Source: Macrostomum lignano | Lineage: Eukaryota | Assembly: GCA_002269645.1 (NCBI GenBank) | Contig: NIVC01003219.1 | Coordinates: 46,157 to 110,156, forward strand | Reading direction: 5' to 3' | DNA: 64,000 nucleotides | In this document: one piece after another, positions 13,101-28,100 of the stretch | How the letters are laid out: each line of letters opens with the position of its first letter | How positions within the stretch are numbered: the stretch's first letter is position 1 | Notes under the pieces: model-generated | What the model was told of the DNA's origin: nothing | Database searches by the model: none | The model's input: only the letters and a program-made list of their open reading frames with translations | Program-made: the position numbers and the translations under genes

Positions 13101-16100
13101 ACTGAAAAGCAGGTGATTGTGATTGTGACGGTTCTGTACTGAAAAGCAGGTGATTGTGACGGTTCTGTACTGAAAAGCAGGTGATTGTGACGGTTCTGTA
13201 CTAAAAAGCAGATGATTGTGATTGTGATTGTGATTGTGATTGTGACGATTCTGTACTGAAAAGCAGGTGATTGTGACGGTTCTGTACTGAAAATCAGGTG
13301 ATTATGGCGGTTCTGTACTAAAAAACAGGTGATTGTGACGGTTCTGTACTGAAAAGCAGGTGATTGTGATTGTGACGGTTCTGTACTGAAAAGCAGATGA
13401 TTGTGACGGTTCTGTACTAAAAAGCAGATGATTGTGATTGTGATTGTGACGGTTCTGTACTAAAAAGCAGATGATTGTGATTGTGATTGTGACGGTTCTG
13501 TACTAAAAAGCAGATGATTGTGATTGTGATTGTGACGGTTCTGTACTGAAAAGCAGATGTTTCTTTTAGCGAGAGTAATTTGATACAATTTTCAATGATT
13601 TGAAAATTGTATCATATTGTTTATTAGTGTAATTCTAATCTAGTTTAAATTGATGTATTTTATCTTCTGTTTTATAAGCTAGAGTAATAATATTTCTCTG
13701 CTTGTTTATTTTATTATTTGCAACAGACAATTAATGTTTGTTTGTTTATGCTGTAGCTATATAGTTCATTTATTAAGAGTTGTGCCTCTGTTTAATGTTA
13801 TATTATCGATACATGCATGATATGTCTTTTTTAAGCTACTACTTAAATAAATTTTTATTAACCATTTTAGGAGTCGAACTTCGCTAATCGAATCCTCAGT
13901 ATTCCTGTGCATCAGCCTGATTGCCAAATCCGTTGGCACACATTTGGAACGGGGCACTATGAAGGAGCTGCTAGATTCCATGTTTGCTAGTGGTCTCAGG
14001 TGAGCTTATTGTTATTGCTCTCTTGTCAGGTGTTTTGGAATTCTCGTAGAATGTCTTCTGGTCTAACCTCATGGTCCTAGCTACTGTCAATCAGATATGG
14101 CGCTTTCAAATAAACTCATTTTCCTTCAGCTCTGGCGCTTTCCAATAAACTCATTTTCCTTCAAATATGGCGCTTTCAAATAAACTCATTTTCCTTCAGA
14201 TATGGCGCTTTCAAATAAACTCATTTTCCTTTAGATATGGCGCTTTCAAATAAACTCATTTTCCTTCAGCTCTGTGGCTTTCAAGTAAACTCATTTTCCT
14301 TCAGCTCTATCGCTTTCAAATAAACTCATTTTCCTTCAGCTCTATCGCTTTCAAATAAACTCATTTTCCTTCAGCTCTATCGCTTTCAAATAAACTCATT
14401 TTTCTTCAGCTCTATCGCTTTCAAATAAACTCATTTTCCATCAGATATGGCGCTTTCAAATAAACTCATTTCCTTCAGCTCTGTCACTTTCAAATAAACT
14501 CATTTTCTTTCAGTTTTGTCGCTTTCAAATAAACTCATTTTCCTTCAGCTCTGTCGCTTTCAAATAAACTCATTTTCCATCAGATATGGCGCTTTCAAAT
14601 AAACTCATTTTCCTTCAGCTCTGTCACTTTCAAATAAACTCATTTTCCTTCAGTTTTGTCGCTTTCAAATAAACTCATTTTCCATCAGATATGGCGCTTT
14701 CAAATAAACTCATTTCCTTCAGCTCTGTCACTTTCAAATAAACTCATTTTCCTTCAGATATGGCGCTTTCAAATAAACTCATTTTCCTTCAGATATGGCG
14801 CTTTCAAATAAACTCATTTCCTTCAGCTCTGTCACTTTCAAATAAACTCATTTTCTTTCAGTTTTGTCGCTTTCAAATAAACTCATTTTCCTTCAGCTCT
14901 GTCGCTTTCAAATAAACTCATTTTCCTTCAGCTCTGTCACTTTCAAATAAACTCATTTTCCTTCAGTTTTGTCGCTTTCAAATAAACTCATTTTCCATCA
15001 GATATGGCGCTTTCAAATAAACTCATTTCCTTCAGCTCTGTCACTTTCAAATAAACTCATTTTCCTTCAGATATGGCGCTTTCAAATAAACTCATTTTCC
15101 TTCAGATATGGCGCTTTCAAATAAAATTATTTTCCTTCAGCTCTGTCACTTTCAAATAAACTCATTTTCCTTCAGATATGGCGCTTTCAAATAAACTCAT
15201 TTTCCTTCAGATATGGCGCTTTCAAATAAACTCATTTTCCTTCAGCTCTGTCGCTTTTAAATAAACTCATTTTCTCTAGCTCTGTGGCTTTCAAATAAAC
15301 TCATTTTCCTTCCGATATCGCGCTTTCAATTGGACCCTGATCCAGTTACATAATTTTTTATGTTAATTGTTTTCAGTCCCGCACTGACCGAAGCCCTGAA
15401 GCAGCTGGCTCTGCAAATACCAGCTCTAAAGAAGGATATTCAGGATGGCCTGTTAAAAATGCTCTCCCTAGTGCTCATGAACAAGCCATTGAGGCATCCG
15501 GCAGCCAGGATCTCCTCTACAATGATCTCGTCCGGTTCATTGGGTTCAAGCAGTTCCGATGTACTGCCAGATGCCACCAATATTGTGCTGGCACTGAGGA
15601 CACTAGCTAATTTCGATTTTGAAGGTTTGATTTTTTTAAAGTTTTTTATGTAGCATCCCTGAAGCTTTATGTAGCATCCCTGAAGCTTAATGTAGCATCC
15701 CTGAAGCTTTATGTAGCATCCCTGAAGCTTTATGTAGCATCCCTGAAGCTTTATGTAGCATCCCTGAAGCTTTATGTAGCATCCCTGAAGCTTAATGTAG
15801 CATCCCTGAAGCTTTATGTAGCATCCCTGAAGCTTAATGTAGCATCCCTGAAGCTTTATGTAGCATCCCTGAAGCTTAATGTAGCATCCCTGAAGCTTTA
15901 TGTAGCATCCCTGCCCTGAAGCTTTATGTAGCATCCCTGAAGCTTAATGTAGCATCCCTGAAGCTTTATGTAGCATCCCTGAAGCTTTATGTAGCATCCC
16001 TGAAGCTTTATGTAGCATCCCTGAAGCTTTATGTAGCATCCCTGAAGCTTTATGTAGCATCCCTGAAGCTTTATGTAGCATCCCTGAAGCTTAATTTAGC

Positions 16101-19100
16101 ATCCCTGAAGCTTTATGTAGCATCCCTGAAGCTTTATGTAGCATCCCTGAAGCTTTATGTAGCATCCCTGAAGCTTAATTTAGCATCCCTGAAGCTTTAT
16201 GTAGCATCCCTGAAGCTTTATGTAGCATCCCTGAAGCTTTATGTAGCATCCCTGAAGCTTTATGTAGCATCCCTGAAGCTTAATGTAGCATCCCTGAAGC
16301 TTTATGTAGCATCCCTGAAGCTTTATGTAGCATCCCTGAAGCTTTATGTAGCATCCCTGAAGCTTAATTTAGCATCCCTGAAGCTTAATTTAGCATCCCT
16401 GAAGCTTAATGTAGCATCCCTGAAGATTATTTTAGCATTCCTTAATATTTGTTCATTTAATTCTCTTTTAAATAACGTAACTGAAACTTGAAATTTTAGT
16501 ATTGTAAATGGAATTGCATTTAGCATTTCATGGAATTACATTTAGTAAACAAATATTGCGAATTTCTAGTTGCTAAGTATGAAGACTACCCCCCCCCCCC
16601 TGTGATAGCAGCCAGTGTGCCACTGTGTTATTAAGATCCTCATGTCGTCAGCGGAGGGGAGCGTGCGTGAGAGATAGAAGGCAAGCACGAACTAGGAAGC
16701 TCAGTCTAGCTATGCTCATGAAGTTTGCTCAGACTCTTAAAAGCTAGCAGTTGCAATAAGTTATTATTTTGGCCTTCTTGTCTGTAATGCATGCTCGCTC
16801 AGGATTACACGCTTCATGACAGGGCTTTTGCAGCCAGATGGTGTTCTTATTTCTAGGTCCCTCTGTATTCCTTTCTGTTCCTTAAACATGTAATCTATTT
16901 TAGCTGCCTTGGTTCATCTTCAAGCCACTTCGAAATTGCCTTTTTCCAATTGGAGAATTGATCTGAAGATTTAGCCTGCTTTAAATATTTGTGACAAGTC
17001 GCCCTGACACAGAGAATAATCGCCCTGACACAGAAAATAATCGCCCTGACACAGAAAATAATCGCCCTGACACAGAAAATAATCGCCCTGACACAGAAAA
17101 TAGTCGCCCTGACACAGAAAATAATCGCCCTGACACAGAAAATAATCGCCCTGACACAGAAAATAACTCATATAAAAGAATCGCCCTGACTCATGAAAGA
17201 ATCGTCCTGACTCATGAAAGAATCGCCCTGACTCATATAAAAGAATCGCCCTGACACAGAAAATAATCGCCCTGACACAGAAAATAATCGCCCTGACACA
17301 GACAGTAGTCGCCCTGACTCATGAAAGAATTGCCCTGACTCATGAAAGAATCGTCCTGACTCATGAAAGAATCGCCCCGACTCATATAAAAGAATCGCCC
17401 TGACTCATGAAAGAATCGCCCTGACTCATGAAAGAATTGCCCTGACTCATGAAAGAATTGCCCTGACTCATGAAAGAATCGTCCTGACTCATGAAAGAAT
17501 CGCCCTGACTCATGAAAGAATCGTCCTGACTCATGAAAGAATCGCCCTGACTCATGAAAGAATCGCCCTGACTCATGAAAGAATCGTCCTGACTCATGAA
17601 AGAATCACCATGACTCATGAAAGAATCGCCCTGACTCATGAAAGAATCGCCCTGACTCATATAAAAGAATCGCCCTGACTCATGAAAGAATCGTCCTGAC
17701 TCATGAAAGAATCGCCCTGACTCATATAAAAGAATCGCCCTGACTCATAAAAGAATCGCCCTGACTCAAAAGAATCGCCCTGACTCATGAAAGAATCGCC
17801 CTGACTCAAAAGAATCGCCCTGACTCGTAAAAGAATCGCCCTGACCCAGAAAAGAATCGCTTTAAAAGCAATCGATATTCCTTTAATGAATCATTGCGTT
17901 AAACGTATAAACTGTTTCTTTGAAGCTGTGCGTACATAGTTCATACAAACCTTACATTGCAGGTCATTCGCTCATTCAGTTCATCAAGCACATTAGCAAC
18001 GATAATTTTCTTGCGAACGAGAACAAAGAGATCCGATTGGAGGCAGTAAAAACCTGTTCGCAGTTGCTGACGCCTCTTGTGAAAGCTGTAAGTTACGACT
18101 TTTGTGTCATTTTGTTTTTTTTTCGAGGGCTGAGATTCCTGCACTCTATCCCAAAAAAATCAATATTTTCCATTCTTCAGTCGGGTTAGGATTTGCAGAG
18201 CTTCAGTAATTAGGGATGATATTCCCAAAGCTTCAGTCTTTTAGGGTGAGATTTCCGGAGCGTCAGACTTTAAGGGTGAGATTTCCGGAGCGTCAGTCTT
18301 TGAGGGTGAGATTTCCGGAGCGTCAGTCTTTGAGGGTGAGATTTCCGGAGCTTCAGTCTTTGAGGGTGAGATTTCCGGAGCTTCAGTCTTTGAGGGTGAG
18401 ATTTCCGGAGCGTCAGTCTTTGAGGGTGAGATTTCCGGAGCGTCAGTCTTTGAGGGTGAGATTTCCGGAGCTTCAGTCTTTGAGGGTGAGATTTCCGGAG
18501 CTTCAGTCTTTAGGGGTCAGATTTCCGGAGCGTCAGGCTTTGAGGGTGAGATTTCCGGAGCTTCAGCCTTTGAGGGTGAGATTTCCGGAGCTTCAGTCTT
18601 TGAGGGTGAGATTTCCGGAGCTTCAGTCTTTGGGGGTGAGATTTCCGGAGCGTCAGTCTTTGAGGGTGAGATTTCCGGAGCGTCAGTCTTTGAGGGTGAG
18701 ATTTCCGGAGCTTCAGTCTTTGAGGGTGAGATTTCCGGAGCTTCAGTCTTTGAGGGTGAGATTTCCGGAGCGTCAGGCTTTGAGGGTGAGATTTCCGGAG
18801 CTTCAGTCTTTGAGGGTGAGATTTCCGGAGCGTCAGGCTTTGAGGGTGAGATTTCCGGAGCTTCAGCCTTTGAGGGTGAGATTTCCGGAGCTTCAGTCTT
18901 TGAGGGTGAGATTTCCGGAGCTTCAGTCTTTGGGGGTGAGATTTCCGGAACTTCAGTCTTTGAGGGTGAGATTTCCGGAGCTTCAGTCTTTGGGGGTGAG
19001 ATTTCCGGAACTTCAGTATTTAGATGTGAGATTTCCAAAGCTTTATTTTTTAAGTAATTCCGCACATTCAATGTCTGAATGTGTGACAAGGTAGGTAGGA

Positions 19101-22100
19101 AAAGGTAGGAAAAGCAAAAGTGCAATTCTAGACTCAACAGTCCGCCCATAGGGTTCCGCCCATTTTTTCCCGCATCAACCCACCCGCTTGATTATGAAAG
19201 AAGAGACTTAATTAAATTAGAAACCACGCCCGCGCGCACGTCTACTCTAAACCGGCCGCATTTCGTGTAGATTTAGTATACAGGATTAGTTACTGCTAAT
19301 TGGTGATGAAGCAAAGGGAAAAAATTGTTTTTGTTTTGCTCGGAACGCAATCTTTTTGGAAGATTTTTGTTTCATGCTTTTATGATTTTTGTTTCTGTGT
19401 TTTTTGAGGTTAAACACAGACATCAGGATGCCCTTATTTGAAATATTACAATGTGTCAGGAACTCTACATTAGAATCAAGATCCCCATATTAGAAATAAG
19501 ATCTCCATATTAGAATCAAGATCTCCATATTAGAATTAAGATCTCCATATTAGAATTAAGATCCCCATATTAAAATCAAGATCCCCATGTTAGAATCAAG
19601 ATCTCCATATTAGAATCAAGATCTCCATATTAGAATCAAGATCTCCATATTAGAATCAAGATCTCCATATTACAATTAAGATCTCCATATTAGAATCAAG
19701 ATCTCCATAATAGAATCAAGATCTCCATATTAGAATCAAGATCTCCATATTAGAATCAAGATCTCCATATTACAATTAAGATCTCCATATTAGAATCAAG
19801 ATCTCCATAATAGAATCAAGATCTCCATATTAGAATTAAGATCCCCATATTAGAATTAAGATCCCCATATTAGAATCAAGATCTCCATATTAGAATCAAG
19901 ATCCCCATATTAGAATCAAGATCCCCATATTAGAATCAAGATCCCCATATTAGAATCAAGATCCCCATATTAGAATTAAGATCCCCATATTAGAATCAAG
20001 ATCCCCATATTAGAATCAAGATCTCCATATTAGAATCAAGATCCCCATATTAGAATCAAGATCTCCATATTAGAATCAAGATCCCCATATTAGAATCAAG
20101 ATCCCCATATTAGAATCAAGATCCCCATATTAGAATTAAGATCCCCATATTAGAATCAAGATCTCCATATTAGAATCAAGATCCCCATATTAGAATTAAG
20201 ATCCCCATATTAGAATCAAGATCTCCATATTAGAATTAAGATCTCCATATTAGAATCAAGATCTCCATATTAGAATCAAGATCTCCATCTTAGAATTAAG
20301 ATCTCCATATTAGAATTAAGATCCCCATATTAGAATCAAGATCTCCATATTATAATTAAGATCTCCATATTAGAATTAAGATCTCCATATTAGAATTAAG
20401 ATCTCCATATTAGAATCAAGATCTCCATATTAGAAATAAGATCTCCATATTAGAATTAAGATCTCCATATTAGAATTAAGATCTCCATATTAGAATCAAG
20501 ATCCCCATATTAGAATCAAGATCCCCATATTAGAATCAAGATCTCCATATTAGAATTAAGATCTCCATATTAGAATTAAGATTCCCATATTAGAATCAAG
20601 ATCCCCATATTAGAATCAAGATCCCCATATTAGAATCAAGATCTCCATATTAGAATTAAGATCTCCATATTAGAATTAAGATTCCCATATTAAAATCAAG
20701 ATCCCCATGTTAAAATCAATATCCTCATATTAGAATTTAGGTCCCCACATTAGAAATATAAATAGCTCATATTAGAAATCTAAATCCCATATTAGAAATC
20801 TAAATCCCCATATTAGTTATCGAAATCCCTCATACTGGAAATCCAAATCCCTATATTAAAAATTTAAATCCCCGATTAGAAACCAAAATCCCCATACTAC
20901 AATTAAGATCCCCATATTAGAATCTAAATTCCCATATTGCGATCATATTGCAATCCCCATATTGGAAACTAGTCCTTTAAGAAAAGAGCATTTTAAAATC
21001 TCCACTCCTGATTTATCCCAGTGCTCGTCACCGGATGGCGCCTCCGAGAGCGGCGTGAACACAATTAGCAGCGTACTAACCAGACTACTGGAAGTAGGCA
21101 TCACGGATTTTGAATCGGACATACGCAAAGCTGTTTTACTGTGCATGGACGATCGGTTTGACCTGTATCTAGGCCAGATGGAGCATCTGCACACATTGTT
21201 TGTGGCTTTAAACGACGAGAATTTCAAAATTCGCGTCCTAGCTTTGCGAACTATTGGCAGATTAAGTGCTGTTAATCCGGCTTATAGTCAGCCAAATTTG
21301 AGACGGTTTCTGCTGCAACTGCTCACTGATTTGGATCTGGCTTTGCCCAATAGGCAGCGCGAGCAGTCTGCGGTGCTGCTCAGTCACTTGTTGAATACGA
21401 CACCTAGGTACGGCTGGATTTTCGCCCTGATGCTCAAATCTCACTCTCCCTGGTTCTCAAATCTCACTCTCCCTGATGCTCAAATCTCACTCTCCCTGAT
21501 GCTCAAATCTCACTCTCCCTGATGCTCGAATCTCACTCCCTGATGCTCAAATCTCACTCTCCTTGATGCTCAAATCTCACTCTCCCTGATGCTCAAATCT
21601 CACTCTCCCTGATTCTCAAATCTCACTCTCACTGATGCTCAAATCTCACTCTCCCTGATGCTCAAATCTCACTCTCCCTGATTCTCAAATCTCACTCTCC
21701 CTGATGCTCAAATCTCACTCTCCCTGATGCTCAAATCTCACTCTCCCTGATGCTCAAATCTCACTCTCCCTGATGCTCAAATCTCACTCTCCCTGATTCT
21801 CAAATCTCACTCTCCCTGATGCTCAAATCTCACTCTCCCTGTTGCTCAAATCTCACTCTCCCTGATTCTCAAATCTCACTCTCCCTGATGCTCAAATCTC
21901 ACTCTCCCTGATTCTCAAATCTCACTCTCCCTGATGCTCAAATCTCACTCTCCCTGATGCTCAAATCTCACTCTCCCTGATTCTCAAATCTCACTCTCCC
22001 TGATGCTCAAATCTCACTCTCCCTGATGCTCAAATCTCACTCTCCCTGATTCTCAAATCTCACTCTCCCTGATGCTCAAATCTCACTCTCCCTGATGCTC

Positions 22101-25100
22101 AAATCTCACTCTCCCTGATTCTCAAATCTCACTCTCCCTGATGCTCAAATCTCACTCTCCCTGATGCTCAAATCTCACTCTCCCTGATGCTCGAATCTCA
22201 CTCCCTGATTCTCAAATCTCACTCTCCCTGATTCTCAAATCTCACTCTCCCGGATGCTTAACTTTCACTGTTCACGGTCAAATCTTAGCCCTAAATTTTA
22301 TATCTCACCCCGTGAGCCTTTAATGCCAGCAAATCTAACCAATCATCAGGTTTGTGCAACCATACGGCAAGTCTTTGTTCGCGGCTCTGCTACCTCGCCT
22401 TGACAGTCCTCAATTAGAGAACAGCAGCTCCCCGCTAACCGTGGCTCTGCTTCAATGCGTTGGCGAACTGGCCCGGATTTGCCCGGCTCCACTGCGAGAC
22501 CACATAGACACCATCTATCCTATGCTGCTTGGCCTTCTATCCGATCAGCAATCGCCGGATAAACGCGAGAAAGCAATTTGGGCTTTAGGTCACGTGGTTA
22601 GTAGTTCAGGATTTCTAGTTCGGCCCTACGAACGGTTTCCGGATCTGTTGAATACTCTGCTGACCATGATGCGTACGGAGCATTCTAAGGCTATTCGTAG
22701 GCAGGTAAGTGGCACTTTGTAGTTTTATAGTACACGTACTTTAATTTTAAATCAACTTGCACTTTACTAAAAAGTACACGTGTACTATAGCGTTAAAGTA
22801 CATGTATGTATGCACACCAAATAAAAAAATATGTTGACATTAAAATACGAGCATCTGCGTACTTCTCTGACCAAAAACGTACTTTTACTTAAAGTACATG
22901 CACGTAAATTTTTTTGAACAAAAACGCTGAATAACTCTCTAAGTGACTCCAGCGACTCCAGGGGCAACTCTTGTGACTTATGAGCCATGAGCGCATCACG
23001 TGAGGGGTAGAATCGTAAATAGGTCGCGAAAAAATGGTCCAAATGTTAAAAAATTTCTTGTAACTTTCCAGGTGCTTCGCGTGATCGGCTGCATCGGGGC
23101 CCTGGATCCGTTCACGCTAAAAATCTATCTGAACGAAGTTGACGCTGTAGGCGATACTCAATACATTTTGTCCCTGCACGAAGTTGAGGAACGTTCGGAG
23201 GTTGACTTGACTCAGAATGAATTGTTAGTGTCAGTTAACTGGGCCACTTTCAATGAGTTTTATGCGGCGTGCGCCTTCTCTGTCCTGATGGGCTTGCTGA
23301 GAGATCCTGGCAATCAGAATTCCTCTCTGACTAATAATATTGTAGCCGCTATTATGTTTATGTTCTCTTCGCTGCAGTCCCAGGCTACTAAATACCTTAA
23401 TCAGGTGAGAGGACTTTGAGTGAATTTTTTTTAAGTTATCGACTTAACTTTATCGACTCATGCGTGATAGTCATCGTATTCGGGATTGTAAGTTAAGATT
23501 TATGATTCAAATTCGGACTTTTATGTTTAAAATTCGAATCTTATTGATACAGTGATATGGGATTCGTATGTTTAAGATGTAGGGATATGGGATTCGAATA
23601 TTTGCAATGTAGAGATATGGGATTCGAATATTTGCAATGTAGAGATATGAGATTCGAATATTTGGGATGTAAGGATATGAGATTCGAATATTTGGGATGT
23701 AAGGATATGAGATTCGAATATTTGGGATGTAAGGATATGAGATTCGAATATTTGGGATGTAAGGATATCAGATTCGAATATTTGGGATGCAGCGATATGG
23801 GATTCGAATATTTGGGATGTAAGGATATGAGATTCGAATGTATGGAATGTAGGGATATGATATTCGATTCGAATATTTAGGGTATCAAAATATGGGATTC
23901 GAATATCTGCAGTACCAAAGTATTATATCTAATTTTAATATTGCAACGCTATTTCCAAACAATGTCCCTCTACACCTTAAAAACGCAGGTGGTTCCTCTG
24001 TACCTGGACGTCGTAGGCCAGAAGTCGCTGTCATCCGACATTCGCCGCTACATGATAAGCCAGCTAGCCGAAATGGTCAACATTGTCAAATTGCACATTA
24101 AACCATTTATGCCGCAGATTGTCAAATTAATGCACGAATTCTGGAGCGAAGAGGATAGCGAAATATTAATCTCGCTAATTGAACTGTTGGTCAGCTGTTT
24201 GTACGCCTGCGGCACCTGTTTTCGCGAGTACCTGCCCGTTGTGCTGCCGAATTTGCTCAACGTATTGAATAATGATTCGTGCGAAGATAAGCGATTGACT
24301 ACTCAGGTGAGCGAATAATAGTAATCTGATGCTTTCTAATGTACCTTTGTTCTGGGTATTTTTTATGGGAGGCTTCACAAGCGCTAATTTTCATAAGCGC
24401 TAATTCATCTACTTTCACAAGCGCTAAATTTCACAAACGCTAAACTTCACAATAGCTACAAATTCGCCACCTACTTTCACAAGCGCTAAACTTCACAATA
24501 GCTACAAATTCGCCACCTACTTTCACAAGCGCTAAACTTCACAATAGCTACAAATTCGCCACCTAATTTCACAAACGCTAGATTTCACAAACGCTAAACT
24601 TCAGAATAGCGAAACCACCTACTTTCACAAGCGCTAAACTTTAAAGTAATTCATATTTAATTTTTATTAATTGTTGGGATTTCAATACTTCTATCTGTTG
24701 TCAATTTTCTGTAAATCTGTAAACATGGAGTCTCTAGACTTATGCAGACTTTTGAGAATCATAGAGGCTCAGAAATTTAATAAAATTATTGTAATCAAAT
24801 TATTTCAAATTATTTCAAATTTTCTTATTCTAAGAAACTCTAGAACCTTATCTCTGAAATAACTATATTTCTAAGAAGCTCTAGGACCTTATCTCCGAAA
24901 TAACTATATTTCTAAGAAGCTCTAGAACCTAATCTCTGAAATAACTATATTTCTAAGAAACTATAGAACCTTATCTCCGAAATAACTATATTTCTAAGAA
25001 ACTATAGAACCTTATCTCCGAAATAACTATATTTCTAAGAAACTCTACAACCTTATCTCTGAAATAATTATATTTCTAAAAAACTATAGAACCTTATTTC

Positions 25101-28100
25101 TGAAATAACTATATTTCTAAGAAACTCTAAGAACCTTATCTCCGAAATAACTTTATTTCTAAGAAACTCTAGAACCTTATCTCTGAAATAACTATATTTC
25201 TAAGAAACTCTAGAACCTTTCTGAAATAACTATATTTCTAAGAAGCTCTAGAACCTTATCTCTGAAATAACTATATTTCTAAGAAACTATAAAACCTTAT
25301 ATCTGAAATAACTATATTTCTAAGAAATTATAGAACCTTATCTCCGAAATAACTATATTTCTAAGAAGCTCTAGAACCTTATATCTGAAATAACTATATT
25401 TCTAAGAAACTATAGAACCTTATCTCTGAAATAACTATATTTCTAAGAAACTATAGAACCTTATCTCTGAAATAACTATATTTCTAAGAAACTCTAGAAC
25501 CTTTCTGAAATAACTATATTTCTAAGAAGCTCTAGAACCTTATCTCCGAAATAACTATATTTCTAAGAAACTCTACAACCTTATCTCCGAAATAACTATA
25601 TTTCTAAGAAACTATAGAACCTTATCTCCGAAATAACTATATTTCTAAGAAACTCTAGAACCTTTCTGAAATAACTATATTTCTAAGAAACTATAGAACC
25701 TTATCTCCGAAATAACTATATTTCTAAGAAACTCTACAATCTTATCTCCGAAATAACTATATTTCTAAGAAACTATAGAACCTTATCTCTGAAATAACTA
25801 TATTTCTAAGAAACTCTACAACCTTATCTCCGAAATAACTATATTTCTAAGGAACTCTAGAACCTTTCTGAAATAACTATATTTCTAAGAAGCTCTAGAA
25901 CCTTATCTCCGAAATAACTATATTTCTAAGAAACTCTACAACCTTATCTCTGAAATAACTATATTTCTAAGAAACTCTACAACCTTATCTCCGAAATAAC
26001 TATATTTCTAAGAAACTATAGAACCTTATCTCTGAAATAACTATATTTCTAAGAAACTCTACAACCTTATCTCTGAAATAACTATATTTCTAAGAAACTA
26101 TAGAACCTTATCTTCGAAATAACTATATTTCTAAGAAACTCTACAACCTTATCTCTGAAATAACTATATTTCTAAGAAACTATAGAACCTTATCTCTGAA
26201 ATAACTATATTTCTAAGAAACTCTACAACCTTATCTCTGAAATAACTATATTTCTAAGAAACTCTACAACCTTATCTCTGAAATAACTATATTTCTAAGA
26301 AACTCTACAACCTTATCTCTGAAATAACTATATTTCTAAGAAACTCTACAACCTTATCTCTGAAATAACTATATTTCTAAGAAACTCTACAACCTTATCT
26401 CTGAAATAACTATATTTCTAAGAAACTATAGAACCTTATCTCTGAAATAACTATATTTCTAAGAAACTCTACAACCTTTCTGAAATAACTATATTTCTAA
26501 GGAACTCTAGAACCTTTCTGAAATAACTATATTTCTAAGAAGCTCTAGAACCTTATCTCCGAAATAACTATATTTCTAAGAAACTCTACAACCTTATCTC
26601 TGAAATAACTATATTTCTAAGAAACTATAGAACCTTATCTCTGAAATAACTATATTTCTAAGAAACTCTACAACCTTATCTCCGAAATAACTATATTTCT
26701 AAGAAACTATAGAACCTTATCTCTGAAATAACTATATTTCTAAGAAACTCTACAACCTTATCTCCGAAATAACTATATTTCTAAGAAACTATAGAACCTT
26801 ATCTCTGAAATAACTATATTTCTAAGAAACTCTACAACCTTATCTCCGAAAAAACTATATTTCTAAGAAACTATAGAACCTTATCTCTGAAATAACTATA
26901 TTTCTAAGAAACTCTACAACCTTATCTCCGAAATAACTATATTTCTAAGAAACTATAGAACCTTATCTCTGAAATAACTATATTTCTAAGAAACTCTACA
27001 ACCTTATCTCCGAAATAACTATATTTCTAAGAAACTATAGAACCTTATCTCTGAAATAACTATATTTCTAAGAAACTCTACAACCTTATCTCCGAAATAA
27101 CTATATTTCTAAGAAACTATAGAACCTTATCTCTGAAATAACTATATTTCTAAGAAACTCTACAACCTTATCTCCGAAATAACTATATTTCTAAGAAACT
27201 ATAGAACCTTATCTCTGAAATAACTATATTTCTAAGAAACTCTACAACCTTATCTCCGAAATAACTATATTTCTAAGAAACTATAGAACCTTATCTCTGA
27301 AATAACTATATTTCTAAGAAACTCTACAACCTTATCTCCGAAATAACTATATTTCTAAGAAACTATAAAACCTTATCTCTGAAATAACTATATTTCTAAG
27401 AAACTCTACAACCTTATCTCCGAAATAACTATATTTCTAAGAAACTATAGAACCTTATCTCCGAAATAACTATATTTCTAAGAAACTCTACAACCTTATC
27501 TCTGAAATAACTATATTTCTAAGAAACTATAGAACCTTATCTCTGAAATAACTATATTTCTAAGAAACTCTACAACCTTATCTCCGAAATAACTATATTT
27601 CTAAGAAACTATAGAACCTTATCTCCGAAATAACTATATTTCTAAGAAACTCTACAACCTTATCTCTGAAATAACTATATTTCTAAGAAACTATAGAACC
27701 TTATCTCCGAAATAACTATATTTCTAAGAAACTCTACAACCTTATCTCTGAAATAACTATATTTCTAAGAAACTATAGAACCTTATCTCTGAAATAACTA
27801 TATTTCTAAGGAACTTCCGAAAGTTACTGTATCTTTACAAAAACTCCCCGAGTGATATTTTCTAAATTTCTGGTAAAGTGTGTTAAAAATCACCTTATTA
27901 TCGTTAACAATACCTAGTGTGCATGTTTCAACCTACACAGGTGCTAGACGCTGTTCAACAGCTGGGCCCCAACGCTGAAGAGTATCTGCACGTCCTGGTG
28001 CCCGCCATAGTGAAAATTGTAGTCTCAGATCACACGCCATTGAGCATTAAGACAACGGCGGTTGAGACTCTGTCCATACTGAATCACAACTTCGATCTGG

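Noticed and set aside
7125-13558. CRISPR-like appearance of the 31-37 bp arrays
   Set aside because: Units are head-to-tail without unique spacers, there are no cas genes, and the context is a eukaryotic intron.
18216-19149. 292-aa [10 protein letters not shown] and 210-aa antisense [10 protein letters not shown] repeat ORFs
   Set aside because: Products of the 30-bp intron-7 minisatellite; inside a TOR intron whose boundaries are fixed by protein homology.
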